Of a stretch of 64,000 bases of DNA, positions 52,652 through 64,000 are shown piece by piece; position 1 is the stretch's first letter; every line of letters begins with the position of its first letter. The stretch comes from Macrostomum lignano (Eukaryota). Location: the NCBI GenBank assembly GCA_002269645.1, contig NIVC01002179.1, positions 1 to 64,000 on the forward strand. Direction: 5' to 3'. The notes under the pieces are model-generated. The model ran no database searches. It had not been told where the DNA came from and saw nothing but the letters and a program-made list of their open reading frames with translations. The position numbers and the translations under genes are program-made.

Positions 52652-52734
52652 CTGCGGGCCAGAGGAGGGGAGAGAAGAGAGGGTCAGAGGGAATAGAGAA
52701 GAGATAAGAGAAATAGGATAAAGGAGAGACGAAA

Positions 52735-52999
52735 GAATAATGGAGAGGAGAGGAGACGAGAGGAGAGGAGAGGAGAGGAGAGGAGAGGAGAGGAGAGGAG
52801 AGGAGAGGAGAGGAGAGAAGAGGAGAGGAGAGGAGAGGAGAGGAGAGGAGAGGAGAGAAGAGGAGAGGAGAGGAGAGGAGAGGAGAGGAGAGGAGAGGAG
52901 AGGAGAGAAGAGGAGAGGAGAGGAGAGGAGAGGAGAGGAGAGGAGAGGAGAGGAGAGGAGAGGAGAGGAGAGGAGAGAAGAGGAGAAGAAAAAAATAAT

Positions 53000-53035
<36 letters not shown>

Positions 53036-53037
53036 AG
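52735..53037. repeat. (GAGGA)n and (GA)n purine microsatellites
   Basis: Direct observation. Confidence 0.98.
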
Positions 53038-54139
53038 GCCGTGTTAAGTTAAAAAAAAATATATAATTTATCAATGGCTACCGGTTTCAAGCCCCTGGGC
53101 TCTTCGTCTGGCTCAAGTGGCCCGCGGGCCGGAGTCTGCCAACCCCTGCCATAGACTAAAACAAAATCGGAGAGTCAAACTGCTGTACGAACGTACTGTA
53201 GCTATGGACTTAAATTTTGCTTGGGAATTCTATTGATACGTCATCAAACTGAGTAATTCAAGGTCAGATGTAACCAATGCCGGTCAAGACAAGATTACAA
53301 GTGTACTCGAAATTTTTGTTTCTATATTGACATGCACCTCAGATACTATTTTTACATTTAAAATTGACGGAGTTTACAGAGAACTACTTTTTTCAAATTG
53401 CAAAATACTTGTATATAGTCTTCTATATATTTTCTCAGTTCGTTTCCCTTTCTCTCCAGCCAGGCCGGATTGGGAAAGTTAATAATGCTTAATACTTTAC
53501 TCAATATTTGCTTGGTCTTATATCTGTGTACACACCTTAGTGTTTATATTCAAACAATACATGGGGAAATGCCTATATGGGGACCTTCCCCCAGCTGCCC
53601 CTGCATAATTGATAAATTAAGTGCAGCCCTGAGAACTGAGACAGGAACGAGGGAGAGAGGGAGGGAGGGGAGATAGGGAAGAGAGTGAAGAGATGGAGTG
53701 AGCAGTTTAATACGCGGAAATACTTTATTTTTCACCCAAATTTGCGACTGTCATATAGGCAACTTACTCATAGATTCCATTGCTTTAGCTTCGAGACGCT
53801 AAGCTATAAGTGAGTTCGCTCGGCCTCATCTCTATGCATTATTATAATTTTAGCTAAGAGCTGAGACCTGAGTCCGATAGAATTGTTCTACGAACCAATG
53901 ATTTACAGCCTCTGTCAGTCTACTGATTGACAGTTACCATAGTGGCCAACTGCTTCTGGCAGCGTGTTTGACCGAACTCGATCGCACTGAAGTGTCCTCC
54001 ACTTGAAGTTATTGCCATTCCAATCTATATTCTGCATTGCTCTTATTCTCCATTTTTATCTTCCCATAATATTTTGTCTCCCTATATATCTGAGTACTGT
54101 GCTTGCACTGAGCATTACAAAATCAATATATCAGAACTG

Positions 54140-55200
54140 AGACGGATATCACATAAAATGACCCAGCTGGTAAAGTATACAGCTCAGTACAATGTTGATA
54201 CCAGAAAATTATTTCAACTTGCTGTAGCTTTCAAAGATGGTCTAACTGTGACACCGAAGCTCAAAGATGGTCTACTGTGACACCGAAGCTCAAAGATGGT
54301 CTACTGTGACACCGAAGCTCAAAGATGGTCTACTGTGACACCGAAGCTCAAAGATGGTCTACTGTGACACCGAAGCTCAAAGATGGTCTACTGTGACACC
54401 GAAGCTCAAAGATGGTCTAACTGTGACACCGAAGCTCAAAGATGGTCTACTGTGACACCGAAGCTCAAAGATGGTCTACTGTGACACCGAAGCTCAAAGA
54501 TGGTCTACTGTGACACCGAAGCTCAAAGATGGTCTAACTGTGACACCGAAGCTCAAAGAGGGTCTACTGTGACACCGAAGCTCAAAGATGGTCTACTGTG
54601 ACACCGAAGCTCAAAGATGGTCTAACTGTGACACCGAAGCTCAAAGAGGGTCTACTGTGACACCGAAGCTCAAAGAGGGTCTACTGTGACACCGAAGCTC
54701 AAAGAGGGTCTACTGTGACACCGAAGCTCAAAGTGGATTGTTGTGACACCGAAGCTCAAAGTGGATTGCTGTGACACCGAAGCTCAAAGTGGTCTGCTGT
54801 GACACCGAAGCTCAAAGTGGATTGCTGTGACACCGAAGCTCAGAGTGGATTGTTGTGATACCGAAGCTCAAAGTGGTCTGCTGTGACACCGAAGCTCAAA
54901 GTGGATTGCTGTGACACCGAAGCTCAAAGTGGTCTGCTGTGACACCGAAGCTCAAAGTGGATTGCTGTGACACCGAAGCTCAAAGTGGTCTGCTGTGACA
55001 CCGAAGCTCAAAGTGGATTGCTGTGACACCGAAGCTCAAAGTGGTCTGCTGTGACACCGAAGCTCAAAGTGGATTGCTGTGACACCGAAGCTCAGAGTGG
55101 ATTGTTGTGATACCGAAGCTCAAAATGGATTGCTGTGACACCGAAGCTCAGAGTGGATTGTTGTGACACCGAAGCTCAAGTGGATTGCTGTGACACCAAG
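54140..55200. repeat. 28/29-bp minisatellite (CTGTGACACCGAAGCTCAAAG…)n with unique 5' flank, copy 1
   Basis: The array is at 54240-55190. Both flank and unit are homologous to 62085-62730. Confidence 0.93.
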
Positions 55201-55879
55201 ATTGTATGCCTCACGAGTAATTGGGGTTTGCGTTGCTAGGATATCCGCCAGTAAAACTGCATGTTTGAAGCCTGCATGCTTGGAACTTTGGCTCTTACCA
55301 AAATGTCAAAATGAAATCAGCTGGCTTTGGGCTGACGAGTTAGTATTGCCTGTAGTCACGCCGCCATACTTTTGTGTTAGTTGAGCTTCCTCTATCGTGC
55401 TTAGTCTGTTTGCTGTCAGTTCTGCTTATTTGATGGATTTTTTACTGGTGAGGGGAGAGGTTGGAGCGCAGGGGAGAGGTTGGGAGCCAATAGGGATCTA
55501 ACAGTTCCATTGGCAGAAAATTGCTTCTTTTTGGGCCATGGCCTACGCGAAGCCTAAATTAGCGATAATTGGCAGTCCAAATAATGTAAGGGTTTGATTT
55601 GAATCGATCTCAGCTTCGAACCAATCAATCAAACTACCATGCAAACTACATGATGGACATGTTTCTATTCAAGGCTGTTTAACTGTCTAAGTGTAAACTT
55701 TTGCGAGGGGTTTTGGCGGAGTGCAATAATAACCACAGCAAAATACGCTGTCCAAAAAACCGAGATCAAAAACGGACGTACGTAGAGGCGAGGAAATCAT
55801 ACGATGCTGTAGGCTGTAGTACGTCTTTACGCGGACAAAGTGGTCTGCCTTAGCACTGACGAGCAGCTGACGAAGCTTC

Positions 55880-56280
55880 CGCGCCGTTAGGGCTGTCTTA
55901 CAGTCCGAGGCCCTGCCTGACCGCCAGAGGGCGGCGTTGTTCCAGGCAGTGAGGATCGAGACCGTCCTGCTGTACAACGCCGAGACCTGGACGCTGACGG
56001 ATTCGCTCGAACAGCAGGTCGATGCGGCGCACGCTGGCCTGCTACGCACTGCCTTCAAGATTGGCTACGAGCACTCTATCACCGCGCCGGCCTGTCCCAT
56101 CATAGCGAACTGTTGCATCGTCGGCGACTCCAGCTGGCAGGCCACATCATCCGCGCCGAGTCGTACTGCCCACAGCCGGTGCAGGAGATGCTGCTGCTGA
56201 CGAGGCGTGCACTCGGCGTTTTGTGGACTGCCTGCTGGCTGCCGTCGCCGCCCGGGCCGTGAAACGCGCCCTGTGATGTA
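55880..56280 (+). mobile_element. RTE-clade LINE 3' fragment (degenerate RT C-terminus)
   Basis: ALFQAV…ETVLLYNAETWTLTDSLEQQVDAAHAGLLRTAF, then after a frameshift RRRLQLAGHIIR…EMLLL. These motifs are typical of RTE-type RT C-termini. Confidence 0.8.
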
Positions 56281-56963
56281 GTCTCATGCTTGAGTGGCTG
56301 AAAACGTATTTTGTGTCATATTTTGTCATGACAACGTCCAATTTAGATCACACACTTAGCAGTGACATCGTAACCAAAATCGATTGAAAACCTGAACTCT
56401 ATAATGGACTTATTAACATTTTTTTACAAATTTTAAACAAAATTTAGAATACTCGTTGCATGATCGCGACCGTCTTACTAGAGTCGCCATTTTGGCAACA
56501 AGGTGAAGGACTGCATGCACTTCGAAACGCCCTGCAACCTCTGTAAAAATTAGGATTGATTTGTTTTTCCGAATAGCACTTTTGTCAGCGGCCTTCCCAA
56601 CAACAGCTCTGGGATAAAAAATATCGGGTTTTTGAGCCACGAAGGAGGGCCAACTCAAGCGCTACACCTGTGTATCTCAAGCAAGCGGCTGTCACGCAAC
56701 TGAGGAAAATACTAATCTTCTTTTCGTCCAGGTGATAAATGACAATAAGAGAGCCTCTCTTCTTGGAGCAGATAAAACAACATCAGCCAAGTTTCTGCTG
56801 GGCAGATTTTGGGTGTTGTTTTTCATCATAAATTACTCAAATGACTATACTGTGAGACTTCACCTAGACCTCGTCACTTTCTCGCTAACGAGCTAGTAAA
56901 CAAGACATGAATTTACGGTACGGCAGGCCTCGCGAAAGGATGTGCACAGCAGTAATAAATCAT

Positions 56964-57552
56964 CACTGACTGACTGACTGACTGACTGACTGACTGACTG
57001 ACTGACTGACTGACTGACTGACTGACTGACTGACTGACTGACTGACTGACTGACTGACTGACTGACTGACTGACTGACTGACTGACTGACTGACTGACTG
57101 ACTGACTGACTGACTGACTGACTGACTGACTGACTGACTGACAGACTAACTGACTGACTGACTGACTGACTGACTGACTGACTGACTGACTGACTGACTG
57201 ACTGACTGACTGACTGACTGACTGACTGACTGACTGACTGACTGACTGACTGACTGACTGACTGACTGACTGACTGACTGACTGACTGACTGACTGACTG
57301 ACTGACTGACTGACTGACTGACTGACTGACTGACTGACTGACTGACTGACTGACTGACTGACTGACTGACTGACTGACTGACTGACTGACTGACTGACTG
57401 ACTGACTGACTGACTGACTGACTGACTGACTGACTGACTGACTGACTGACTGACTCACTGACTGACTCACTGACTGACTCACTGACTGACTGACTGACTG
57501 ACTGACTGACTGACTCACTGACTGACTCACTGACTGACTCACTGACTGACTT
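56964..57552. repeat. (ACTG)n microsatellite
   Basis: Direct observation. Confidence 0.99.
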
Positions 57553-58282
57553 ACTGACTTCCTTAATTTTTTCCTTAACTCTTAATTCGTGGTCTATGGC
57601 TAAATGCACTGGCGATTAATGAATTATCAATAAAAACTATCAAGTTGATAATCTAATCACACACTACACCAGAAAGAATATAAGTCGATGTTTTTATTTT
57701 CAAGTAAAATGTTACGACGGCTACTTGCAAATCTACTATTCCTAATCATATCGGGGCATCTTATTATTGGTAAGTATACTGTACAGGTATTTACATGTAA
57801 TCTCAAAAATGTGTTTTTTTATTATCAGCTAACTCAAGGCTGCTGTAGTTTGTCGTTGTTGAAGGCCAAGGAGAAAAACAATTGTTTTTTCAACGACCAT
57901 CAACCCGCACAGCAACACTGGCTGCATCCGACACGGAATCTGACCTGTCACAAATGGCCAAGAAATTGGATCCGTTCGCTCTGCTGATGTATCTGCACGC
58001 GTCGCAGTCGAGAACAATCCAGGCCAATAAGCCGCCTTGAGCAGTGCCTGTCTGCGTCTACTTCCCTCGCTCTGCGTGTCAAATTGGCTTCATCAGATGC
58101 TGAGAGCTCCTGTCAGTTAATTCTCGTAACCCCTTGACTTTCGCAGCAATATGACGATGAGACTTATGCTATACGCCTTAATTTCTAAGTAAGGAGTATG
58201 ATTTATAATTGACTTGTACGTATTAAATATAGTCAGATATCTGAGCACATACATGTACATGTCTAGCATGTCTAGCAAACGG

Positions 58283-59150
58283 TTAGTTGTTGTTCAACTC
58301 CTTCACAATCTCGTCGATCTCCTTGCTCTCGGTAAGCAAGTGCTTGAAGGTTGTCGGCTTTGTGGATCCGCGCTTGACTGATTCGTTGGACTGTCGTGAC
58401 TGCTGCATGAAATGAAGCGGAGCCTGCAGAGCAACTTTAGTACCGTGAGCAGCCGGCAGGCTCACTCTGAGCTTCTCAATCTCCCTGAGCAATGCGGCGT
58501 TGCGCTGATTGGCTGCGCTCAGCTGCTCCAGAGCGGTCATCTTCTCGAGCTCCTCGATGTCCATTGCTTTCACCAGCTGGCTCAGTGACTCGTCCGTCAG
58601 AGGCACCGAGATTGAGCCGGTTGCCTGCGCCTGAGAACAGTTTTAATTTCAGCTCCAGTGGTCAAGGATCTGTTTGTTTGCTAGTTAGTGCTAGTTTGGG
58701 GGGATGGAGGGCAGTTCAGTGATAAACGAGCAGAGAACTGTTCCTGACGTGTCAAATTGGTAGAGTTCTGCGAATATTTACATTCGTTTCATAAAGATCG
58801 TTTGTAAATCAGTGCCAATTCCGTCTAATACTCGTACTGTAGTGCATGTACTTAGCAGAAGTGTTTACCAACGCGACTTGTATTTGAGTATAGCAGTGAC
58901 TGCGTTAAATAACGGTCATTCTCACCTGTTCCAATTCGATAGAGGAAAAGTAAGCTCGCTCAACTGTGCTGAGCTGGGCTGGCCTCCGACAGATGGGGCA
59001 GGTGGGGCTTCTCCGCAGCCAGTTGTAGACGCAGTTGTGAAAGACGTGCTTGCAACCGGTCAGAATCACACAGTCGGTGGTACTATCGAATTTTTCACCA
59101 CAGATTGTGCAGCACAGCTCGTTTCTGCTTTGTAGTCTGGACTGTTGCAT
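58283..59150 (-). CDS. TRAIP-like RING + coiled-coil protein, paralog 1, 2 exons
   Basis: Exons 59150-58926 (CAG|GTGAGA) and 58630-58283 (TTCTCAG|GCG), phase 0. RING: CTICGEKFDSTTDCVILTGCKHVFHNCVYNWLRRSPTCPICR. Confidence 0.85.
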
Positions 59151-59582
59151 GTCTTTGGAATGAAGTCTAGTTTTGACTCTACATCTAAGCGAATAGCGTT
59201 AAGTTCGAGCTGGATTCTTTAGAACTCAATTTAGCTAGAAGTACCTTATACGAGCGTAGTTGGCCTCAAACAGCTGCTATCTGTGACAGTTTCTGTCTCA
59301 GGCTAGGGTCAATGTACAGCATTCTTTCATTTAGCTCTTAGTCTATTGTGCTACTTGTACAATAAGGCTTATTTAGGCTTTTTCAAAGCAACGAAAGAAC
59401 AACATTTTTCATGCAAAAAGTCTGACTGCGTTAAACTACGTAAGATGTATTTTAATTCTTTTAACATCCGTATGAAAATAAAGTTTCTGGGCTGTTTTCT
59501 GTCGTGAGAGTAGCTATAATTTTCAATCATATTCTTGTAAACTGTGCTATGTTTTAACTACTAACTCGGGAGGAATTGGGGA

Positions 59583-59850
59583 GGGGTTGTAGCCTTAGCG
59601 GTCAGAGCGTCGGACTCACGACTTGAAGGTCGGGGGTTCGATTCCCGATCGCACTGAACCAATTTGTGTCCTTACCTAAGCAGGACACTTACCTCTGCAT
59701 TGCTTCAGTTCACCCAGCTGTAAAATGGGTGCCAGCATTAGCTGGGGTAGTTGAGGTTGTGTGTGGCGTCCCAGTCCTCAGACCGAACAGCCATCAGCCC
59801 TAAAAGCCAGCCATCTAGGCTAATCAGCATCCCCTTTGAGCTTTAGCATG
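59583..59850 (+). mobile_element. tRNA-derived CORE-like SINE
   Basis: Head GGGGTTGTAGCCTTAGCGG (A box) … GGTTCGATTCC (B box). Core GTGTCCTT…GACACTTACCTCTGCATTGCTTCAGTTCACCCAGCTGTAAAATGGGT. Confidence 0.88.
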
Positions 59851-60463
59851 GAACCCCCCCCCTTAAACACATGGCTTAACTCTAACTCTCCCTTCGATGC
59901 TTGACCCACCAGCAACTCCCAATGAACCCTCTGACATCTGCGCGACCCCCATAAGCCTTGATTACTCAACAATTCTCCACGCGAACCTTGAAAACTTTGT
60001 TAACCTTGCTAAAATTCCATGTTTGATTCCGGGAAAATATTTATTTATGTAGATAGACGCACCTTAAACGTTTTAAAACAAAGACTGAATGTAGTTAAAT
60101 GAAAGTATCTATTACAAACATCAAAGCTCGAATTTTCTTGGATCAAAACAAGTATCAGGCAAGCTAGAATTATAGAAAATTCAGTGGATTTGCATGGAAT
60201 TTTAATTCACAGATAATTATTTTCGGGTGTAAGAAGGTTGGATTGAAAGTATTATACAAAAGATAAAATCAATGTGACGTTAATCAACGCGTTCTTCTAA
60301 CTGTGCTTTAAAAATTCTTAATTTACCTGGTTACACATATAGTCTTCAAGCAGATGAATGTAGACATAATTCCCTTATGAAAAATTTATATGAATTCATC
60401 TAGGAAAAAACGCGCAATTGATTTATTTGAAATTCGAAAGTTCAGAAGTTGAAGTAATTAAAC

Positions 60464-61249
60464 TCATTTTTTTGCTTCCACCACGACCACCAGCTTCTGA
60501 GTTGCTTCATACAGTTTTCTCTGCTTTTCCACCGCATTTCGAACGTCTTCCGTATTTTTTCTAGCATCAGCCAGTCTTTCAGCTGCCGTCGCTTTATCTT
60601 TCCTTACTTCTTCTAGCCGTTGATTTGCCGAGGCCAACGCTTGCGCATTCATCGAATTCTTAGATCCATTGTACTCCTCTAAAACCATGTCATGTATCGC
60701 AGACTTGCTTTCAGAGTCTCCCTTGGCGTCCATTTCTTCCTGCTCTGCTAGCACCAAATTTTCTAGCAAACCATTCAAACGAGATTTCTGCTCTTCAACC
60801 TGGCGGGTTTTTTCATCCAGTGCCTCTGATTTTTTGCTTTCGGACGTGGCAACGCACGAGTCTCTAGGCTTGACCTTGTCCAGCTCTTTCATCAGGGCTT
60901 TGTTGTTTGAGTTGGCCGCACTCAGCTCCTCAAGCGCAACAGCCTTCTCTTGCTCTTCAATGTCCAATGCCTTCATCAGCTGGCTCAAAAAGTTGTCGGT
61001 CAGTGGTAGCGACGTGGAACCTCTGTCTCTGGATTGCTGCAGTTCCACAGCAGAAAAGAAGACCTGCTTAACTGACTCGGGCGATGCAGCTTGTCGACAC
61101 AGCGGGCAGGTGCGATTATTTTGGAGCCAATTAGTGACACACTTGTGAAAGACATGCGTGCAGTTGGGCAGGATCACGCAGTCGCTATTGCTGTCGAACT
61201 GGTCGCTGCAGATAGTGCAGGTGAGGCCATTGTAGTTGCTGGTAGCCAT
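60464..61249 (-). CDS. TRAIP-like RING + coiled-coil protein, paralog 2, intronless (261 aa)
   Basis: CTICSDQFDSNSDCVILPNCTHVFHKCVTNWLQNNRTCPLCR, then heptad-rich E/K/L coiled coil. It aligns to paralog 1 across that gene's intron. Confidence 0.88.
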   Translation of the reverse strand: MATSNYNGLTCTICSDQFDSNSDCVILPNCTHVFHKCVTNWLQNNRTCPLCRQAASPESVKQVFFSAVELQQSRDRGSTSLPLTDNFLSQLMKALDIEEQEKAVALEELSAANSNNKALMKELDKVKPRDSCVATSESKKSEALDEKTRQVEEQKSRLNGLLENLVLAEQEEMDAKGDSESKSAIHDMVLEEYNGSKNSMNAQALASANQRLEEVRKDKATAAERLADARKNTEDVRNAVEKQRKLYEATQKLVVVVEAKK

Positions 61250-62084
61250 ATTGATGTCAAAGATTTAGCTGAAGGTTGTACGTGCGTAGCTATGCTTCTT
61301 GGCCAAGCAGACATGAAGTCGACATCGAATTTGCGATGTCAAGTTTTCAAGAGGCTGTTGCGTCTTTTGCATTACGGATGAGTTCTGCATCCGCGTCTTG
61401 GAAACATATTATTGGACAAGAATATGAGTAATAGCCCAATTATGCACGAATAAGTACAGAAAACGCTCAATAATTCTTATGCCTTCACCGAGAGATGAGT
61501 TTCTGTCCAGTAGACTCTATCACCTCTTGCTGTTTCGTCAGCAGGAGAGTAGACTAAAAAAGAAAGTTAAAGACGAAATGAATAACGTGTTTTTCAGCTA
61601 CTTGAAGTAGTACGAATGTTTCCAGTGATAGCTGAATTTCCTAATAATTAACAAATTTATGTCTTTCTAGGATAAAACTGAGAATTTTTTACGCATAATA
61701 CCGTGGTACAACAGGAATAAAATGGTCAGTATGCTTTAAGCAATCTGTCTTGGGAGTGAAAAATCTATTATATTAAAATATACACTTAACAATACCTAAA
61801 ATTACACTCGTTCGTATGAACTACTATTATTTTTTCAAATCATTGGAAATCGATACCCTCTATTGAGTAGTGAGTAATAAGGAGCTTGGCCTCGCCCACG
61901 ATTGGCAGGGAGCCAAAAGCTGACTTCAGCCAGCTGTGCAGCTCGCAACCACGCAGTCCAGGCAACTGATCTGCTCCACCTGAGAGAAGCTGAGAGAGAT
62001 CTTTGTCTGATCCTTCTGAAGGTTGCGCAACCGCCTGCGACACTGCGGACAAGTTTGGCTCTGCTTGAACCACTCCAGAAGTAA

Positions 62085-62730
62085 GCCAAATCATATCGCC
62101 AAAATGACCCGGATGGTATACATAAATAGCTCAGTACAATTCTGATACCATAAATGTTTATGACTTGAAGTTCAAATTGGATTGCTGTGACACCGAAGCT
62201 CAAAGTGGATTGCTGTGAGATGACACACAGAAGCTCAAAGTGGATTGTTGTGACAGAGAAGCTCAAAGGGGATTGCTGTGACACCGAAGCTCAAAAGGGG
62301 ATTGCTGTGACACCGAAGCTCAAAAGGGGATTGATGTGACACCGACGCTCAAAGCGGATTGCTGTGATATGACACACAGGAGCTCAAATTGGATTGCTGT
62401 AACACAGAAGCTCAAAGTGGATTGTTGTGACACAGAAGCTCAAAGCGGATTGCTGTGATATGACACACAGGAGCTCAAAGTGGATTGCTGTGACACCGAA
62501 GCTCAAAGTGGATTGCTATGACACCGAAGCTCAAAGTGGATTGCTGTGACACCGAAGCTCAAAGTCGATTGCTGTGACACCGAAGCTCAATGTGGATTGT
62601 TGTGACACCGAAGCTCAATGTCGATTGCTGTGACACCAAAGCTCAAAGGGATTTCTGTGACACCAAAGCTCAAAGGGGATTTCTGTGACATGACACACCG
62701 AAGCTAAAAGGGGATTTCTTTTGACACCAA
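62085..62730. repeat. 28-bp minisatellite with homologous 5' flank, copy 2
   Basis: AAAATGACCC…AGCTCAGTACAAT…GATACCA flank followed by CTGTGACACCGAAGCTCAAAGTGGATTG units. Confidence 0.9.
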
Positions 62731-63920
62731 AGTTCCATGTGGAGTGTGACGATGCTGCCAAAAAACGTAGCGCTAGGGTATCAAAGTTCCAGCAAGTTGC
62801 TGTGAATAAATTGAGCATGCACACGATACGTATTCGGCGCGCACTCACAAAGGGTGTACGGAAGTCCTGAGTTTCTCATTGTCAGACAGTGTCCACAGTC
62901 TTGCATCTTCTATACCGTATATAACTTACTTAGCTCTCTGTCACGGCCTATGTGTCAGACTAGGGAGCCAGTCGTGTACTCGGCGCTTTAATTAGAGTCA
63001 ATGTACGGTGTTTGTTTTTCATTTATTCCATTGAATACTATGATACCATAGGGTTAGGCATTTCAAAGGCAACAAAAATATTGTTCGTACAAAAATGTGC
63101 AGAAATTGGATGCGCTTGCTGTGTAGAATACGTAACGATGTATAGATATTATTGCTTCTATAAAGCATGATGCAACGATGGATGTCATTCATGGATGCAA
63201 CTCTAACGAGCTATAGTGCCCGCAATTTCAATCTTCTACTTAAAGATCCGTACGAGTATGTCTCTGGGCTGCTTTTTGTGGGGAATCACTTTGCAATAAT
63301 TATTTGTAAACTTGCGCTAGATTTTAGCCACTTAGGAGCGTATTGTCAGTTAGACATGCAGACAACAGCGAAATTTTAACGATAGAGAACATCACATAAT
63401 TAAGGTCAACGTACTTTCGCTTAACTTCCACGTTCGATTGAAGCACAAAAGACGTATTATTTATTAAAATACATGTACTTTTAAAGCGTTGTATAATGTC
63501 TGCATGTAGCTAAAACTACAAAAATAATAACTTGTCAATTACAGAACTTTTGTCAAAACAAATTTAAATTAGGAATTGTCGAAAATTACACAGATTGTAA
63601 AAGAAAAGTCAGTCGATTTGTAATTTAATTTTAAAATGACAAATGATTTTATTGTAACGTTTATGATCACTCTTAACCCGCCGTTTTAACAATTCTTACT
63701 TTAACTAATCACAAAAAAGCTTGATTCATTTGCAATTCAAAGGTCAGAAGATGCAATAGCTACTGGGAATTTAGAGCTAAAAAACGGGCACTTTCTATGT
63801 CTTCAATGCGAGGGAAAATCAGCCCCAAATTTGAACAGATTGCGATAGAGAGCATTCTCCTAGTTTCTATTCTTTGTTGCCATGGCTCAAGAACAGAAAT
63901 TAAACTCATTTTTTTTGCTT

Positions 63921-64000
63921 TCACAAAAGCTCTTCTTCCACTGTCTTTCGAGCCTCTTCCGTGTTTTTTCTCGCCTCAGCGTGTCTTCTAGCTGCCGTCT
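63921..64000 (-). CDS. 3' end of a third RING/coiled-coil paralog, partial at the window edge
   Basis: TAARRHAEARKNTEEARKTVEEELL* aligns with paralog 2 TAAERLADARKNTEDVRNAVE. It shares the downstream GCAAAAAA…TGAGTTTA sequence. Confidence 0.7.
   Translation of the reverse strand, partial: TAARRHAEARKNTEEARKTVEEELL

Noticed and set aside
53085-53149. hAT-like end (…GGCCCGCGGGCC…CCAACCCCTG)
   Set aside because: Only one terminus is visible, with no partner or TSD.
59583-59655. tRNA gene
   Set aside because: It has A and B boxes but no closed acceptor stem. It continues into a SINE core and recurs at two other loci.
61835-62094. Short overlapping ORFs upstream of the second 28-bp array
   Set aside because: No recognisable motif or convincing splice context.

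Overview
Eukaryotic (animal) genomic DNA with spliceosomal introns and very many private tandem repeats. GC-rich exons sit in AT-rich flanks. The style resembles a free-living flatworm such as Macrostomum, but that is an inference only. Host genes read by eye: LASP (LIM-nebulin-SH3, 7 exons, PEVK-like exonic repeat), TRMT2A (4 exons), FAM172A/ARB2A (4 exons), an orphan two-exon multipass membrane protein, an ARHGAP19-like RhoGAP, a single-pass membrane protein ending in a PDZ-type motif, and a tandem TRAIP-like RING/coiled-coil family with atypical H-x-C spacing. Mobile elements: a complete 4.7 kb Ty3/Gypsy element with identical 175-bp LTRs, a THAP/P-element with one terminus bracketed by a 402-bp duplication, a full-length piggyBac, P-type MITEs (one only 52 bp), EnSpm-, hAT- and foldback-type MITEs, three CORE-like tRNA SINEs and an RTE LINE fragment. 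Each of the three large transposons carries a lesion repairable by one base, which could reflect recoding, mutation or consensus error. No rRNA, true tRNA or CRISPR array was found. All coordinates and identities were read manually; no database searches were run.
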